Shown in pieces: positions 13,398 to 26,386 of a DNA stretch of 64,000 bases. The translations under genes were made by a program, and so were the position numbers. Source of the DNA: Haliotis rufescens (lineage: Eukaryota); NCBI RefSeq assembly GCF_023055435.1, contig NW_025963957.1, positions 6,820,001 to 6,884,000 of the forward strand, given 5' to 3'. The notes beneath the pieces were generated by a model. That model had not been told where the DNA came from, made no database searches, and saw nothing but the letters and a program-made list of their open reading frames with translations. Positions within the stretch are counted from its first letter, which is position 1, and the number at the start of each line of letters is the position of its first letter.

Positions 13398-16300
13398 TCA
13401 CTTCTTGCGGGAAATCTTGCCCATGTTGCTGGGTCTGGGGGACATCTCGTTCGAATTCCCAGATGAGCTGCTTCGGCGGGACGGAGACTGGTCTCCGAGT
13501 CTCTCTCGACGCTTGCCTTTTGTTTCAACTGGAAATAACATTCAAACTTGGGATTTGAAATTTACTGACATGTCGACATGTTCGAGACGAACTCGAAAAT
13601 ACGCTCTAAGATCAGAACTGTTGCTAAATGTTTTAAGTTAATGATGCTGTAAAGGCTACAAGAAACTGTCCATATAGTCCTTGTTAATTTCACAGATGAT
13701 AAGTTGCCAAGTGACAAACAGGGGTGGAGTCCTAATCGAGATCAATGAGGTCCAAGAGCACTTCAAGATGACAACTGTCCTGGGTGGGGTTTTAAATGAC
13801 CTTAACACGGTGGGTTTAATGCCTAATTGAACAAATGTAAACACACATTTAAAAACTTTATGTGAGCAGTTGGTCTGACAGCCAGTAAAATAGGGTCACC
13901 ATAAAGATCAAAGACACTGGCAAAACTTGGATATGCTTTAACAAACGTGAAGGTGACTCGAATACCCTACCTCTATTACATCATAGCGATGAATTCCTGT
14001 TTTGGGGCTGTCAAACATTCTATTAAACTTTTAGATTTTCAACAGACGTCCTCTTCACTGCCAACAGCTAATAGTTGTAAGGAAAACTATCCTCCGCAGC
14101 TGCGTATGCGCGAGGCGGGAAAACGTCACTTCTTTCCAGTGTCTCCAGATTTAAAACAATCCAAATTTGTTATCGCGTTTGTCATTTTACACTCTAACTT
14201 TTTGAGATTATCTTAAAGTCAAGTTCAGACAAGCTGAGAGCAGATTACAGCCGATCTGGAGTATAAGAAGCAAGATCGTTAACGTAACTAAGTAGTTAGA
14301 AACGTATTGTGGGAGATGGACTCTCCCCTCTCCATCGCCGTCTGTCGTTTGCTATGGGTGCGACAATGATCAACTGACCGGAGATCCACAACAGAGATGC
14401 CAGTCGCGCAGAAAGAGCAGAAAACATTGATAAACTTTCCAAGGCGTTGAGGAATAACCTGGATACAACTAGAAAAACTACATCGGGAAAGAAATCTGAA
14501 GTACCTACTACAACAATTATAGCGAGGGTAGCGTTGCATGAGAAGCTGGTCAGACATTCATACCTACGCTGAATGGAGACACTCCTGCGTCTTCAGGATA
14601 TGGTCTAAGGAGCTGTGGACGAAACCCAACTGTTCCAGGTTCATATCGACTCTGGAATCCAAGGGGGGACCTGCCTGCTGATCAGTATGAGGGATGACGT
14701 GTCTGACACCGGCAGACCTAGGATAAATGTTCATCACCTGTTTGTTGACATCGTCAAGGTTCCTAAACCTTGCCATATCGACAATCATCTTGGTGGACGA
14801 CTTCTTGACTGGTTCTTGGTAATCCCCGTCGATGGTAGGATGCCGTAGGCGTTCTAACTGATGGCAGGAAGGCCGAGTCTAATGTTAGCAACGGTCCCAT
14901 TCATTAGCAGATTAACTATATCTGCATCTAGTTGATGAGGGCTTGAAAGAAGGGACGTTTTCCCGCCTCGCGCAGTTGTATTTCCAGCGGAGGATTGTTT
15001 TTCCTAACAACTGTTAGATGTGTTGGGAGTTAAGAGGACGCCTGTTGAAAATCTAAAACATTTTATAGTGTGATTGGCAGCCAAAACAGGAAATTATGGC
15101 TATGATGTAATAGAGCAGAGACCATATTAGAATTAAACACAGTGATAACTATCGCTTGATTTCAGGATAAAATCTGACAATATTAGTGAATCAAAAGAAG
15201 ACTCAATAGAAGACCCATCAACTGTAAACAGGACAAAATCAAATATCGTCCAAAAGAAAAAACAGGATTTCTTAACCCCTATAAATCTACTTGGTACCTC
15301 TGTGAACTTACTGACAACTTTCTTGGGCTTCTCGGCAGCAGCTGTGTATTGCTTTAACCTTCCTACAACACATTTGGAAAAATCAGTGATGTATATTCTA
15401 GTATGATAAAGAGAGATAACAGTATCTGTCTGTCACTTTTGAAAACATTTCAGTTTTTATTTATCATATGCATTATGAAATCAAGTTGAAAGTCGCTGCC
15501 TATTTCCCATATAGACTGATGAATATAGAACTAACACACTTGTTTTTGTTTTCAATTTCATATTTCACCAGCCAGTTTTAACTGCATTATTTCCTCCATT
15601 AAAGCCCCGGCCGTATATTTTTCACCGAAGTGGTAAACGTCTAAGACCTGCATCACTTGGGGCTTTCCTCCCACATTAAGCTGACACGCTGTGATATGAA
15701 TGGAATACTGTTAAAAGCAGCGTGAAACACAACTCACTCACTTTATTTGAGTAAACTGCACTTGGGCCCATTGTGAGGTGAGGTGGAATGGGGTTTAACG
15801 TCGCGTCCAAGATTATTGCACTTATATATAGCGACGTGCATGCACGTGTATGTGTGGCTGCTTGTACTAGTCCGGACTGATGCCGATTTATAGTGCTAGC
15901 TCACTGAGATACCATGCCGCAGTTTAACATGAATACCCCACTCAGACACAGTATCCTGACTCCGAGCCTGACAGTCCTTGTTTTAGCCCCTTAATGCCGA
16001 GCGCAAGACACGGTAACAACAAGTACCATCTTTTAACGTCTTTTGGTATGACGCGGCTGGGGATCGAACCCCGGACCTTCCGCTCTCCGTGCGGACGCTC
16101 TACCACTAGACCACGGAGGCGGTCCTGGGCCCATGGAGTAAATTTGCTGGTCTGTTTTGACTGAAACCCCGGATATGACAGTAAAGAGTTTTAGTTGATT
16201 GATAGTGTTGATCATCAGGTATATGAAGGTTTGTAGAGCTTACTGTCCAGTGTAGGGTAGGTCTTGTCCCAGTCCACCAGCAGCGGCACGATGCTCTTCA

Positions 16301-19016
16301 TGCTGTCATCCGCTCCCTCTGTGAAGCAAGTGAGGTGGAGATATGAATAAAACGTAATCTCCATCACTGACACATCAAGTGCATGATTACAGATCGGTGC
16401 ATAGTGTTACAGACTGTAGCTATGGAATGTGCAGTCAGCAGTCTTACAGATTCATCCTGGCTGTATTTCCTGGAGCAGGCTGGACATCGTCAGTACTCCA
16501 CCATCTTGTATGCACTACGTTCCTTCTTGAAGGAAGGGCATATTGTATACCAACCCGTGAGGTATTGGCATGGACAGTACTTGAAATGCGTTTGTATTAT
16601 TGAAATACATGTACAGTACAGGTTCAGAGTCCAGATTAAGAAACTACAGCTCAGATAACTGCCACACGCAGAAATGTATGTGATTCACAATTCAATTATC
16701 ATTCTAAGTCATACTTTGGACAGAAGTAGCCGCACGCACGCACGCACACACACGCAGCTTTATCGGTGCAATTATCTTGAACGCCGGTTAAACCACACTG
16801 TACCACCCCCCCCCACCCCCCCCCCCCCCACCCCACAAAATGTACCCAATCATTACGTTGGTAAACGAGTGACATCATGAGCAAGAAGCACGCCATCAGG
16901 ACACACAGTCACCCAAGTCCCATTTTAGTGGGCAGTTAGGTCTTTATCTAGTGTATCCAGAAAACATTTGGATGAGTTCTTTAAATTGTCATGGCAGCAC
17001 CAGGCCAAACATCCTCAGAAAAACATAGTGTGTTGTATTCACATAGAGATCAGCTGACTGGATAATGAAAACAGTCAGTGATTTGAAATTAAGATTTGAA
17101 GGGACATATCCAATATTTCGGTGTATTGCGGCCATACAAAGAGATGGCATGATTACATTAAATGATTTATGCTTTTGTCGTCTCCAGACTGTGTTACTGC
17201 CATTCCCGCCTCTGTGGCTGCCAAAGACGGGTGCAGAAACATTACTGGGCGTTCAGAATACGGCCGCAAGAATTCTGGCAGGAACACCTCACTCCAATAC
17301 TGACTGAAATGGCTGCCAATCCAACAAAGAACGCAATTTAAACTACTCACGCTGAGTTACAAGGCAATACATGACTGGCTTCTGCATACTTACAGGAAGT
17401 GACTTTTCCACACAAGCCAGCGCTTCTCTCTGATCAAAACATCTGACGGTGTACCAAAGTAACATACCGGGGGATATAGCACAGGTCATTTCAGCATGCT
17501 GTACAACTTCTTAATTTGATTTAATTTAACTTAAAGAAAGCCATACTTGAGCAGAAATAAATGTCCACACCACATGTGTGCTGCATATCAGAATGTCTAA
17601 ACCGTATCAAGGAACAATGGGTAAAAGGTTTATGTTTTTATTTTCCGCATGGTGCCTAGGTATCAGATGAGAATTCTAGAAGCCAGTATGTGTAATTGTC
17701 TAGGACCAAAATGCATCCTATTTTACATTTGAGAGTGTAGCAAACCACTCATACACTCGTGCACGCAATCAGATTTTCCTGCAAATGTAGAAGCTGTCAA
17801 TTATCAGATCTAGACAGGGCTTGCCTTGTTCCATCCTTACTTTCTATGAGAACTGGCATGTATGTTGCCCTCGGCACTGTGAGACTGAAGACGTTGTCCG
17901 TTGTGTGCTTGGTGTGGATGTATGCAAGGTTCCCACTTTCATCACACAGATCAATAATAGCTGAAACATAAACTCAGGACAATACATACAACCTCGTTCC
18001 TAGATGATAGCACGAGCTCCCTGTTGTAAAACTGCCTACAATTATACTGAACAGCAGGCGACACATTTAAGGTGTGTGTGCGATCGGGGTAGAATAGGTT
18101 TTCAGCAGCCTATGCTTGCCGTAAAAGGGGACTATGCTTGTCGTAAGAGGCGACTAACGGGATCGGGTGGTCAGGCTCGCTGACTTGGTTGAAGCATGCC
18201 ATCGATCCGAAATTGCGTGGATCGATGCTCATGATATTAATCACTGGATTGTCTGGTCCAGACTCGATTATTTACAGACCGCCGTCATATAACTGTAATA
18301 TTGCTAAGTGCGGCGTAAACCAACAAACCAACAAACCAACCAATCAACCAGTCCTCGTTTTAACTCCTGAATGCCGAGCGCCAGGGAGGTTAACAAGAAA
18401 TACCATCTTTTAACGTCTTTTGGTATTACGCGGCCGGGGATAGGTCCACCAACCTTCCGCTCTCTGTGCAAACGCTCTACCCAATAGACAACGGAAATGA
18501 ATAGCAGACGACAGTAGATTTTTAGGCCAAACAAAATACAGAAGTTCCGATCCCCTGTATCGGTCTAAGCTAGAAACTGAATAATTTGCCCTACCCGTAT
18601 CGTCAAAGGAGCATGTTGCTTTGATGTAGTCGATGAATAATTTGGCTGTGCAGTTCGGATTTACAAGTATCATCTGTTGTTCTGTAAATAAATATGTCAT
18701 GGTGATAAGTGTTCAAGTATCTCGTTGTAACTGCTAGAGATGTTAAACAATAGCCGAGAACTAGTTGGAGAACTATTTTGTATCGACTGATCCATAGTTA
18801 TCCACATCCCAGACTGTAAAAGACCGTTTTATTTATGAATATTTCAGCGCAACATAATTTCATAAGGTGTCTATGAGCCACATTTCTTCTGTTGTGGCAA
18901 TGCGTTTCAAATCAGGTAATTAGAGATTAGTGTTCGAAACATTGACAAATGTACAAATGATCAGGATGTCGAGATTTGTTTTTGTACCTACCGCCATAGA
19001 TAAGACGAATAAACAT
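13398..19016 (-). CDS. CXorf65/C22orf15-family uncharacterised protein, 162 aa, 6 exons
   Basis: Exons 19016-18992, 18681-18595, 17960-17841, 16318-16244, 15362-15312, 13528-13398. All are GT-AG and phase 1, totalling 489 nt. The protein MFIRLIYGEQQMILVNPNCTAKLFIDYIKATCSFDDTAIIDLCDESG...RATYMPVLIE...IVPLL with a basic tail resembles the CXorf65/C22orf15 pattern (MFI..G...LVN.NC...IDLC...G). Confidence 0.85.
13971..15115. mobile_element. Non-autonomous element with ~170-bp imperfect terminal inverted repeats
   Basis: 13971-~14140 (CTCTATTACATCATAGC...GCGCGAGGCGGGAAAACGTC) is the reverse complement of ~14945-15115. The interior is GC-richer and coding-like but has stops. Confidence 0.75.
15790..16125 (-). 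mobile_element. tRNA-derived SINE with Meta/MESC-like central domain
   Basis: Minus strand: A box TGGTCTAGTGG, B box GGTTCGATCCC, then GTCATACCAAAAGACGTTAAAAGATGGTAC...GCGCTCGGCATTAAGGG. Second copy at ~18350-18500. Confidence 0.75.
17150..17510 (+). mobile_element. Decayed L2-clade LINE 3' fragment
   Basis: Frameshifted remnants of the typical L2 ORF2 tail: VQNTAARIL, LTPIL..WLPIQQR.QFKLLTLSYKAIH. Confidence 0.65.
18085..18345 (+). mobile_element. Abundant SINE-like repeat (GTCGTAAGAGGCGACTAACGGGATCGGGTGGTCAGG body, (CAAA)n tail)
   Basis: Best-preserved copy. Others at ~2620-2800, 10620-10780, 10826-11006, 11640-11870, 12460-12580, 50380-50583 and 59370-61250 (interrupted by a minisatellite). 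Confidence 0.75.
18350..18500 (-). mobile_element. Same SINE family as 15790-16125, partial
   Basis: Shares TACCATCTTTTAACGTCTTTTGGTAT and the tRNA-like head. Confidence 0.7.
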
Positions 19017-20089
19017 AATTATCGCACTGAAAAGACCAAATCATGGAAACGGAAACGTCATACGCCACCTACAACTGGTTAGAGTTATCTCCCCTAGCGA
19101 CATTGATTAGCAAGCTCTTTCCCAGCGCGTGACACCTTCGTTACACTTGCTGACATCGCGATAGAGTGCTCTGCGAACGGACCATTACTGTGCTTAGTTT
19201 GCATTGATTCGATCAGGAACTCGATCCAGTCTCGATTATGCTTCTTGGCACCATCAGGTACTTGTTAACAGACATCAGTTAATATTACTGATATTGCAGA
19301 CATCAGTAAATATTGCTAATATTGCAGGTGTATTTACAGTTGAGAAAGTTCACAATCCGGAGATGAAAAATAAATCAAAGAACGTGAGAAAGTCTAATAA
19401 TCATAAGAAGTCGTAAATCGTTCCGAATCACGAAGGTAAACAAACAAATTTCGTCGGCTCCACGTCGTAAGGATTAATTCCCTTTACCTATATAGTATTA
19501 CGACAGCCCATTCGCGCCATACGTTTTCAACATTATAGAGCACATTCTAATCGCAAAATTTAATATGTTCCTCTCATTAGATTTTTCACGACTTTTAGTA
19601 TGTTTGGACTGTTACCAGGATATACTCCTTTGAACGTGTGTTATACGTGGTCGAAAGGTTGACCTTCACCTGTTAATAAACTTTGTAAACTGATTCATAC
19701 TTTTCTGGGTTTCCAACTCTCTACGTACGGTCAAACTCTTAACTGTTGTCCAGCAAATCTCTCGGCCTACTTTTACAATGCATGCTTTGCCGCAAACGTT
19801 ATCAACACGTCACAATACCCTCTGACGTAATTTCTGACATTTTGTTGCCAGCTACACTGGCGGAACAATGCCCTGTGACGTCCATATTAACTCACTCCCT
19901 TACTCACTTCAGGCGATGCGCTAGTCGACTACATTTAATGTACACACACATCTGTTAATGTGCACACTAAACATGAATATTTTCACAGGTTCATTGACAA
20001 GAAAACATTCTTAGTTCTGTTGTTGGTTTCTTAACTTACTCCAGAAATTCATCCAATGTTAGCCTAGCTGGCACTCACGTGTGTTATTA

Positions 20090-21529
20090 TACTTTAAAAA
20101 AAGAAGAAGATTGTGTGGGGTAGGAAAACCCATTTACACGAGGAACCGTACAAGGTATTGGGCCAAAATGTAGTGGAGAGAACACTTGATGATTGCAGTC
20201 ATCTCAGTTATCGGTACATAGGAAAAGTCCAAGATGAAGGTCAGCTACCAGCAATAACGCGTATGTCCCCCCTAGGAATCGATAGCGGCCTGATATCTCC
20301 TGCCCATGGAAGAGACGTGTATGCATGCAGCGAACCACATCCTTGAGAATGGTAGCCCGCTCGGCCTGAAACGCAAAATCCAACTGCTGCAACGTCTGGG
20401 GTTGTGGTTGACGTCGGCGTAGCCGTCTATCCAATTCATTCCACATGTGCTCTATCGGGTTTAAATCTGGGGATCTGGAGGACCAGGGGAGAACATCAAC
20501 ATTATTGTTGTTGTGTAGACAGGCTCTTGTGTTCCGTGCTGCATGTATGCAGTCGAGCGTTGTCCTGCAACACGGTTGGCTGCAATTGGGAGGACGTGTG
20601 GTAGGAGAATTTCGTCGATGTATGGTTGAGCCGTAAGATTGCCCTGGGTATGGACCAAGCCTGTCCTGCCTTGATAAGAGATATCCGCCCACATCATAAC
20701 GCTACCCCCACCAAACCTGTCCACTTCCTGTACGCAGTTCCGGCGTAACGTTCTCCCCGACGTCTGTAGACTCGTGCTCTTCTATCCCCTCGACGGAGGG
20801 GAAATCTTGATTCGTCGCTGAACTAGACATATCTCCATCGCAGTTGAGGCCATACCCTGTGTTGACGACACCATTGCAGTCGTTGTTGACGATGTTGTCG
20901 ACTCAATATGACGCGTCAAACAGGACGTCTTGCTTGTAGACCTGCTGCTCTTAAACGGTTTCATAGGTCTGGTCGGAGATTCTGGGTATTTGGTATCTTT
21001 TCACGTAGGTGGCGCAGTCGGATGCAGCAATCTTGGGCGGGGGTGGTTGCTCTAGGTCGTCCCGACCTTGGCCGATCACGTGTTGACCCATGCTGTTGCA
21101 ACCGGTCCCATAGCCTTGTGATGGTGCTGGGCGCTACATTGAAAACCCTGGCTACAGCTGATCGGGATTCTCCTGCCAGCAAGCGGCCTATGGCGTTGTT
21201 TCTTTGCACTTCTGTTAATCTTGACATGTTGTTGAACTGTCACTGTTCGAATGACGCAGATGCCAGGCAATCAAAAATCCTGCACTTTAATACCGTTCAT
21301 AGTGCTGCTGCACGTGCAGTACGAGCAGCTCCATGGCCCTTTTGTTAATGCACTGGGTGCGCTTTTCCGAATCGTACGTGTTTCCCGACTGATGGTTTGC
21401 ATGTCCTTGTTCTGATCATTTTGACTGACACCATAACACATTAAACCTCTTCATTTTGCACCTCTTGGTCCACTAATTTTGCTTTTATGGCCAAACATAT
21501 CCAATATACGTTTCTTTTTGTGAAGAGTA
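20090..21529 (-). mobile_element. Tc1/mariner (Tc1-type) DNA transposon with disrupted transposase
   Basis: Fragments MSRLTEVQRNNAIGRL...DRPRSGRPRATT (HTH/GRPR, 21227-20961), GGGSVMMWADIS and VLPWSSRSPDLNPIEHMW lie in different frames. Ends TACTTTAAAAAAAGAA and TTTCTTTTTGTGAAGAGTA are degenerate TIRs flanked by TA. Confidence 0.88.
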
Positions 21530-21954
21530 TATATAACAAGACATTTAAATACATGTCTCGTGTAGGTTTTATACACGTTTACACTATGGAGAAACCAGTA
21601 CACGCATTGTGCACCTCTAAACTGGTTCTCAGCCTACTAGATCAGGTAGACAGGAGCCCAGCCTAGGCGCAGCCGCTGACAAACCAAGGATCATAGTAAA
21701 TGAGCTGCAGGGCGAACATGGAATTAGAACTCACGATCAAGGATCCTGCATGCCAAAGAGGAACAACTCAGTGAATTGCAACGCCTGAAACGACTTACAA
21801 GTCCGGTTTTCAGGATATAAACAAGCACGTGACAGTAGTTGGGAGTGTTTTAGCATCATTTGGATGCTCAAAGACGTCAGAAATCAATAATATCCTTTTG
21901 AGAGAAACTAAGAAGTAAACAAGAAAATTCAGATGGCCATATAGCTTCTTTGAG

Positions 21955-24645
21955 ATACCAGGGTTCCTGGTCATGTAGGTTCTATAGGATCCCGGGGATC
22001 CTGATCGTGTTGGTTCTGTAAGATCCCGGGGTTCCTGTTCATATAGGTTCTGTAAGATCCAAAGGTTCCTGGTCATATAGGTTCTGTAAGACCCCGGGTT
22101 ACAGGTCGTGTCGGTTCTGTAAGATCCCAGAGTTCCTGGTCGTATAGGTTCTGTAAGATCCCTGTGTTCCTGGTCGTGTCGGTTCTGTAAGATCCTGGGG
22201 TTCCTGGTCGTATAGGTTCTGTAAGATCCTGGGGTTCCTTGTCGTATAGGTTCTGTAAGATCCCCGGGTTCCGGGTCATGTTGGTTCTGTAAGATCCCGG
22301 GGTTCCTAGTCGTGTTGGTTCTGTAAGATCCTGGGGTTCCTTGTCGTATAGGTTCTGTAAGATCCCGGGGTTCCTGTTCGTATAGGTTCTGTAAGATCCT
22401 GGGGTTCCTGGTCGTATAGGTTCTGTAAGATCCCTGTGTTCCTGGTCGTGTTGGTTCTGTAAGATCCTGGGGTTCCTTATCGTATAGGTTCTGTAAGATC
22501 CCGGGGTTCCTAGTCGTGTTGGTTCTGTAAGATCCCGGGGTTCCTAGTCGTGTTGGTTCTGTAAGATCCTGGGGTTCCTTGTCGTATAGGTTCTGTAAGA
22601 TCCCGGGGTTCCTGGTCGTATAGGTTCTGTAAGATCCCTGTGTTCCTGGTCGTGTTGGTTCTGTAAGATCCTGGGGTTCCTGGTCATATAGGTTCTGTAA
22701 GATCCCTGTGTTCCTGGTCGTGTTGGTTCTGTAAGATCCTGGGGTTCCTGGTCGTATAGGTTCTGTAAGATCCTGGGGTTCCTTGTCGTATAGGTTCTGT
22801 AAGATCCCGGGGTTCCTGTTCGTATAGGTTCTGTAAGATCCTGGGGTTCCTGGTCGTATAGGTTCTGTAAGATCCCTGTGTTCCTGGTCGTGTTGGTTCT
22901 GTAAGATCCTGGGGTTCCTTATCGTATAGGTTCTGTAAGATCCCGGGGTTCCTAGTCGTGTTGGTTCTGTAAGATCCCGGGGTTCCTAGTCGTGTTGGTT
23001 CTGTAAGATCCTGGGGTTCCTTGTCGTATAGGTTCTGTAAGATCCCGGGGTTCCTGGTCGTATAGGTTCTGTAAGATCCCTGTGTTCCTGGTCGTGTTGG
23101 TTCTGTAAGATCCTGGGGTTCCTGGTCATATAGGTTCTGTAAGATCCCTGTGTTCCTGGTCGTGTTGGTTCTGTAAGATCCTGGGGTTCCTGGTCGTATA
23201 GGTTCTGTAAGATCCTGGGGTTCCTTGTCGTATAGGTTCTGTAAGGTCCCGGGGTTCCGGGTCATGTTGGTTCTGTAAGATCCCGGTGTTCCTAGTCATG
23301 TTGGTTCTGTAAGATCCTGGGGTTCCTGGTCGTATAGGTTCTGTAAAATCCCAGGGTTCCGGGTCGTGTTGGTTCTGTAAGATCCTTGGGTTCCTGGTCG
23401 TATAGGTTCTGTAAGATCCCGGGGTTCCGGGTCATGTTGGTTCTGTAAGATCCTGGGGTTCCTGGTCATATAGGTTTGTAAGATCCCGGGGTTCCTGGTC
23501 GTATAGGTTCTGTAAAATCCCGGGTTCCGGGTCGTGTTGGTTCTGTAAGATCCTTGGGTTCCTGGTCGTATAGGTTCTGTAAGATCCCGGGGTTCCTTGT
23601 CGTATAGGTTCTGTAAGATCCCGGGGTTCCTTATCGTATAGGTTCTGTAAGATCCCGGGGTTCCGGGTCGTGTTGGTTCTGTAAGATCCTTGGGTTCCTG
23701 GTCGTATAGGTTCTGTAAGATCCCGGGGTTCCTGGTCGTATAGGTTCTGTAAGATCCCGGGGTTCCTTATCGTATAGGTTCTGTAAGATCCTGGGGTTCC
23801 TGGTTGTATAGGTTCTGTAAGATCCCGGGGTTCCTGGTTGTATAGGTTCTGTAAGATCCCGGGGTTCCGGGTCATGTTGGTTCTGTAAGATCCTGGGGTT
23901 CCTGTTCGTATAGGTTCTGTAAGATCCCGGGGTTCCTGATTGTATAGGTTCTGTAAGATCCCGGGGTTCCTGGTTGTATAGGTTCTGTAAGATCCCGAGG
24001 TTCCGGGTCATGTTGGTTCTGTAAGATCCCGGGGTTCCTGTTCGTATAGGTTCTGTAAGATCCAAAGGTTCCTGGTCAAATAGGTTCTGTAAGATCCCTG
24101 TGTTCCTGGTCGTGTTGGTTCTGTAAGATCCTGGGATTCCTGGTCGTATAGGTTCTGTAAGATCCCGGGGTTCCGGGTCATGTTGGTTCTGTAAGATCCC
24201 GGGGTTCCTGGTCGTGTTGGTTCTGTAAGATCCTGGGGTTCCTTGTCGTATAGGTTCTGTAAGATCCCGGGGTTCCGGGTCATGTTGGCTCTGTAAGATC
24301 CCGGGGTTCCTAGTCATGTTGGTTCTGTAAGATCCTGGGGTTCCTGGTCGTATAGGTTCTGTAAAATCCCAGGGTTCCGGGTCGTGTTGGTTCTGTAAGA
24401 TCCTGGGGTTCCTGGTCGTATAGGTTCTGTAAGATCCCGGGGTTCCTGGTCATATAGGTTCTGTAAGATCCTGGGGTCCTGGGTCGTGTTGGTTCTGTAA
24501 GATCCCGGGGTTCCTGGTCGTATTGGTTCTGTAAGATCCCGGGGTTCCTGGTCGTATAGGTTCTGTAAGATCCTGGGGTTCCTGGTTGTATAGGTTCTGT
24601 AAGATCCCGGGGTTCCGGGTCATGTTGGTTCTAAAGGATCCCAGC
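21955..24645. repeat. 34-bp intergenic minisatellite, about 79 copies
   Basis: GGTTCTGTAAGATCCCGGGGTTCCTGGTCGTATA; a 442-bp (13-unit) higher-order duplication is visible. Confidence 0.97.
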
Positions 24646-24818
24646 ATTCCTCACTCACTCATGTGCTTATGTGATGGCATATTCAGAATGAGTTTGAAAA
24701 AACATACTTCACATTGAAGCGTTCACAAACAAAGTTTGCAATGTGTGACTTGGCTGATGTGTGCACTTGTATCTACTAACCAAGACCATCGATCACCCAT
24801 ACGATCCAGATACAATCA

Positions 24819-25688
24819 CTTACAGGTCCACACAATCAGATGGCGTGTGTTGCTGGTCCACACAATCAGATGATGTGTGTTACAGGTCCACACAATCAGA
24901 TGGCGTGTGTTGCAGGTCCACACAATCAGATGGTGTGTGTTACAGGTCCACACAATCAGATGGCATGTGTTACAGGTCCACCCAATCAGATGGTGTGTGT
25001 TACAGGTCCACACAATCAGATGGTGTGTGTTACAGGTCCACACAATCAGATGGTGTGTGTTACAGGTCCACACAATCAGATGGTGTGTGTTACAGGTCCA
25101 CACAATCAGATGGTATGTGTTACAGGTCCACACAATCAGATGGCGTGTGTTACAGGTCCACACAATCAGATGGTGTGTGTTACAGGTCCACACAATCAGA
25201 TGGTTTGTGTTACAGGTTCACACAATCAGATGGTGTGTGTTACAGGTCCACACAATCAGATGGTGTGTGTTACAGGTTCACACAATCAGATGGTGTGAGT
25301 TACAGGTTCACACAATCAGATGGTGTGTGTTACAGGTCCACACAATCAGATGGTGTGTGTTACAGGTTCACACAATCAGATGGTGTGAGTTACAGGTTCA
25401 CACAATCAGATGGCGTGTGTTACAGGTCCACACAATCAGATGGTATGTGTTACAGGTCCACACAATCAGATGGCGTGTGTTACAGGTCCACACAATCAGA
25501 TGGCGTGTGTTACAGGTCCACACAATCAGATGGTGTGTTACAGGTCCACACAATCAGATGGTGTGTGTTACAGGTTCACACAATCAGATGGTGTGTGTTA
25601 CAGGTCCACACAATCAGGTGGTGTGAATGTATTTCATGTCCACACGATCAGATGGCGTGTGTTACAGGTCCACAAGATCAGATGGTGT
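24819..25688. repeat. 30-bp minisatellite, about 29 copies
   Basis: TTACAGGTCCACACAATCAGATGGTGTGTG. Confidence 0.97.
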
Positions 25689-26386
25689 AAATGTGTTGCG
25701 GACTCTTGTGTTGTGGGTCCGGGAGTAGAGATTTCTCTGGAGAAGAAGTATGAATGAGATGCCTTCCTCATGGTGACTGCAGAACAAGATGTCTCCGCAC
25801 TGCACCTGACTGGTGCTTTCTTCACTTCCCTCACAACTCATTTTGACCCCAATGCTTCGACTAGCAATTAAAAAGTACATCACAAAATATACAGACTACA
25901 AATTCTATTCATTCAGTTCAAAAGTTTATTTACAAATATAAAGTATTCACATGTTTATACAGCCAGATATACAATTCATTGAAAATATTTTATTAAAAGA
26001 AATATTTTCAAAATAACACATTGTCAGCGATATTGATCATCAAAGATATTGTTACTGTTGTAAAGACATTAATCTCCTCAATTTTGTTTTATTTTTTGCA
26101 TGATTATTATCTCATTATATTCACAAAAAGGTAAAAATAGACATGTGGGCAACTGTCATTAATACTGATTCAATAACTGTTAATTTTGCCTCAAAATTCC
26201 AAAAAGGTTTGATCACAAGAATTATCCTTAATCAAGATTCATGTAGTGAGACAACCTTCTCCAGGTCTGATACACATTGAAGATCTTCCTGGAAACCTAC
26301 ATTTATTTATTTTGTAGAAAGAGGCTGGGTGTATAAGATATCCCATTAAGACACTTATATGTAACTATTGTGTGAACTACACAATA

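Noticed and set aside
16050-16125. tRNA gene-like sequence
   Set aside because: It continues into a SINE body that has a second copy at 18350-18500, so it is a SINE head rather than a tRNA.
16383-16658. 91-aa ORF antisense within the CXorf65-like intron
   Set aside because: No recognisable domain and no convincing exon structure.
21955-25688. CRISPR-like regular 30-37-bp repeats, here and elsewhere
   Set aside because: The units are contiguous with no unique spacers, there are no cas genes, and the context is eukaryotic.
24761-25690. 309-aa (STQSDGVCYR)n ORF
   Set aside because: A stop-free 30-mer open in several frames on both strands, with no splice or promoter support.
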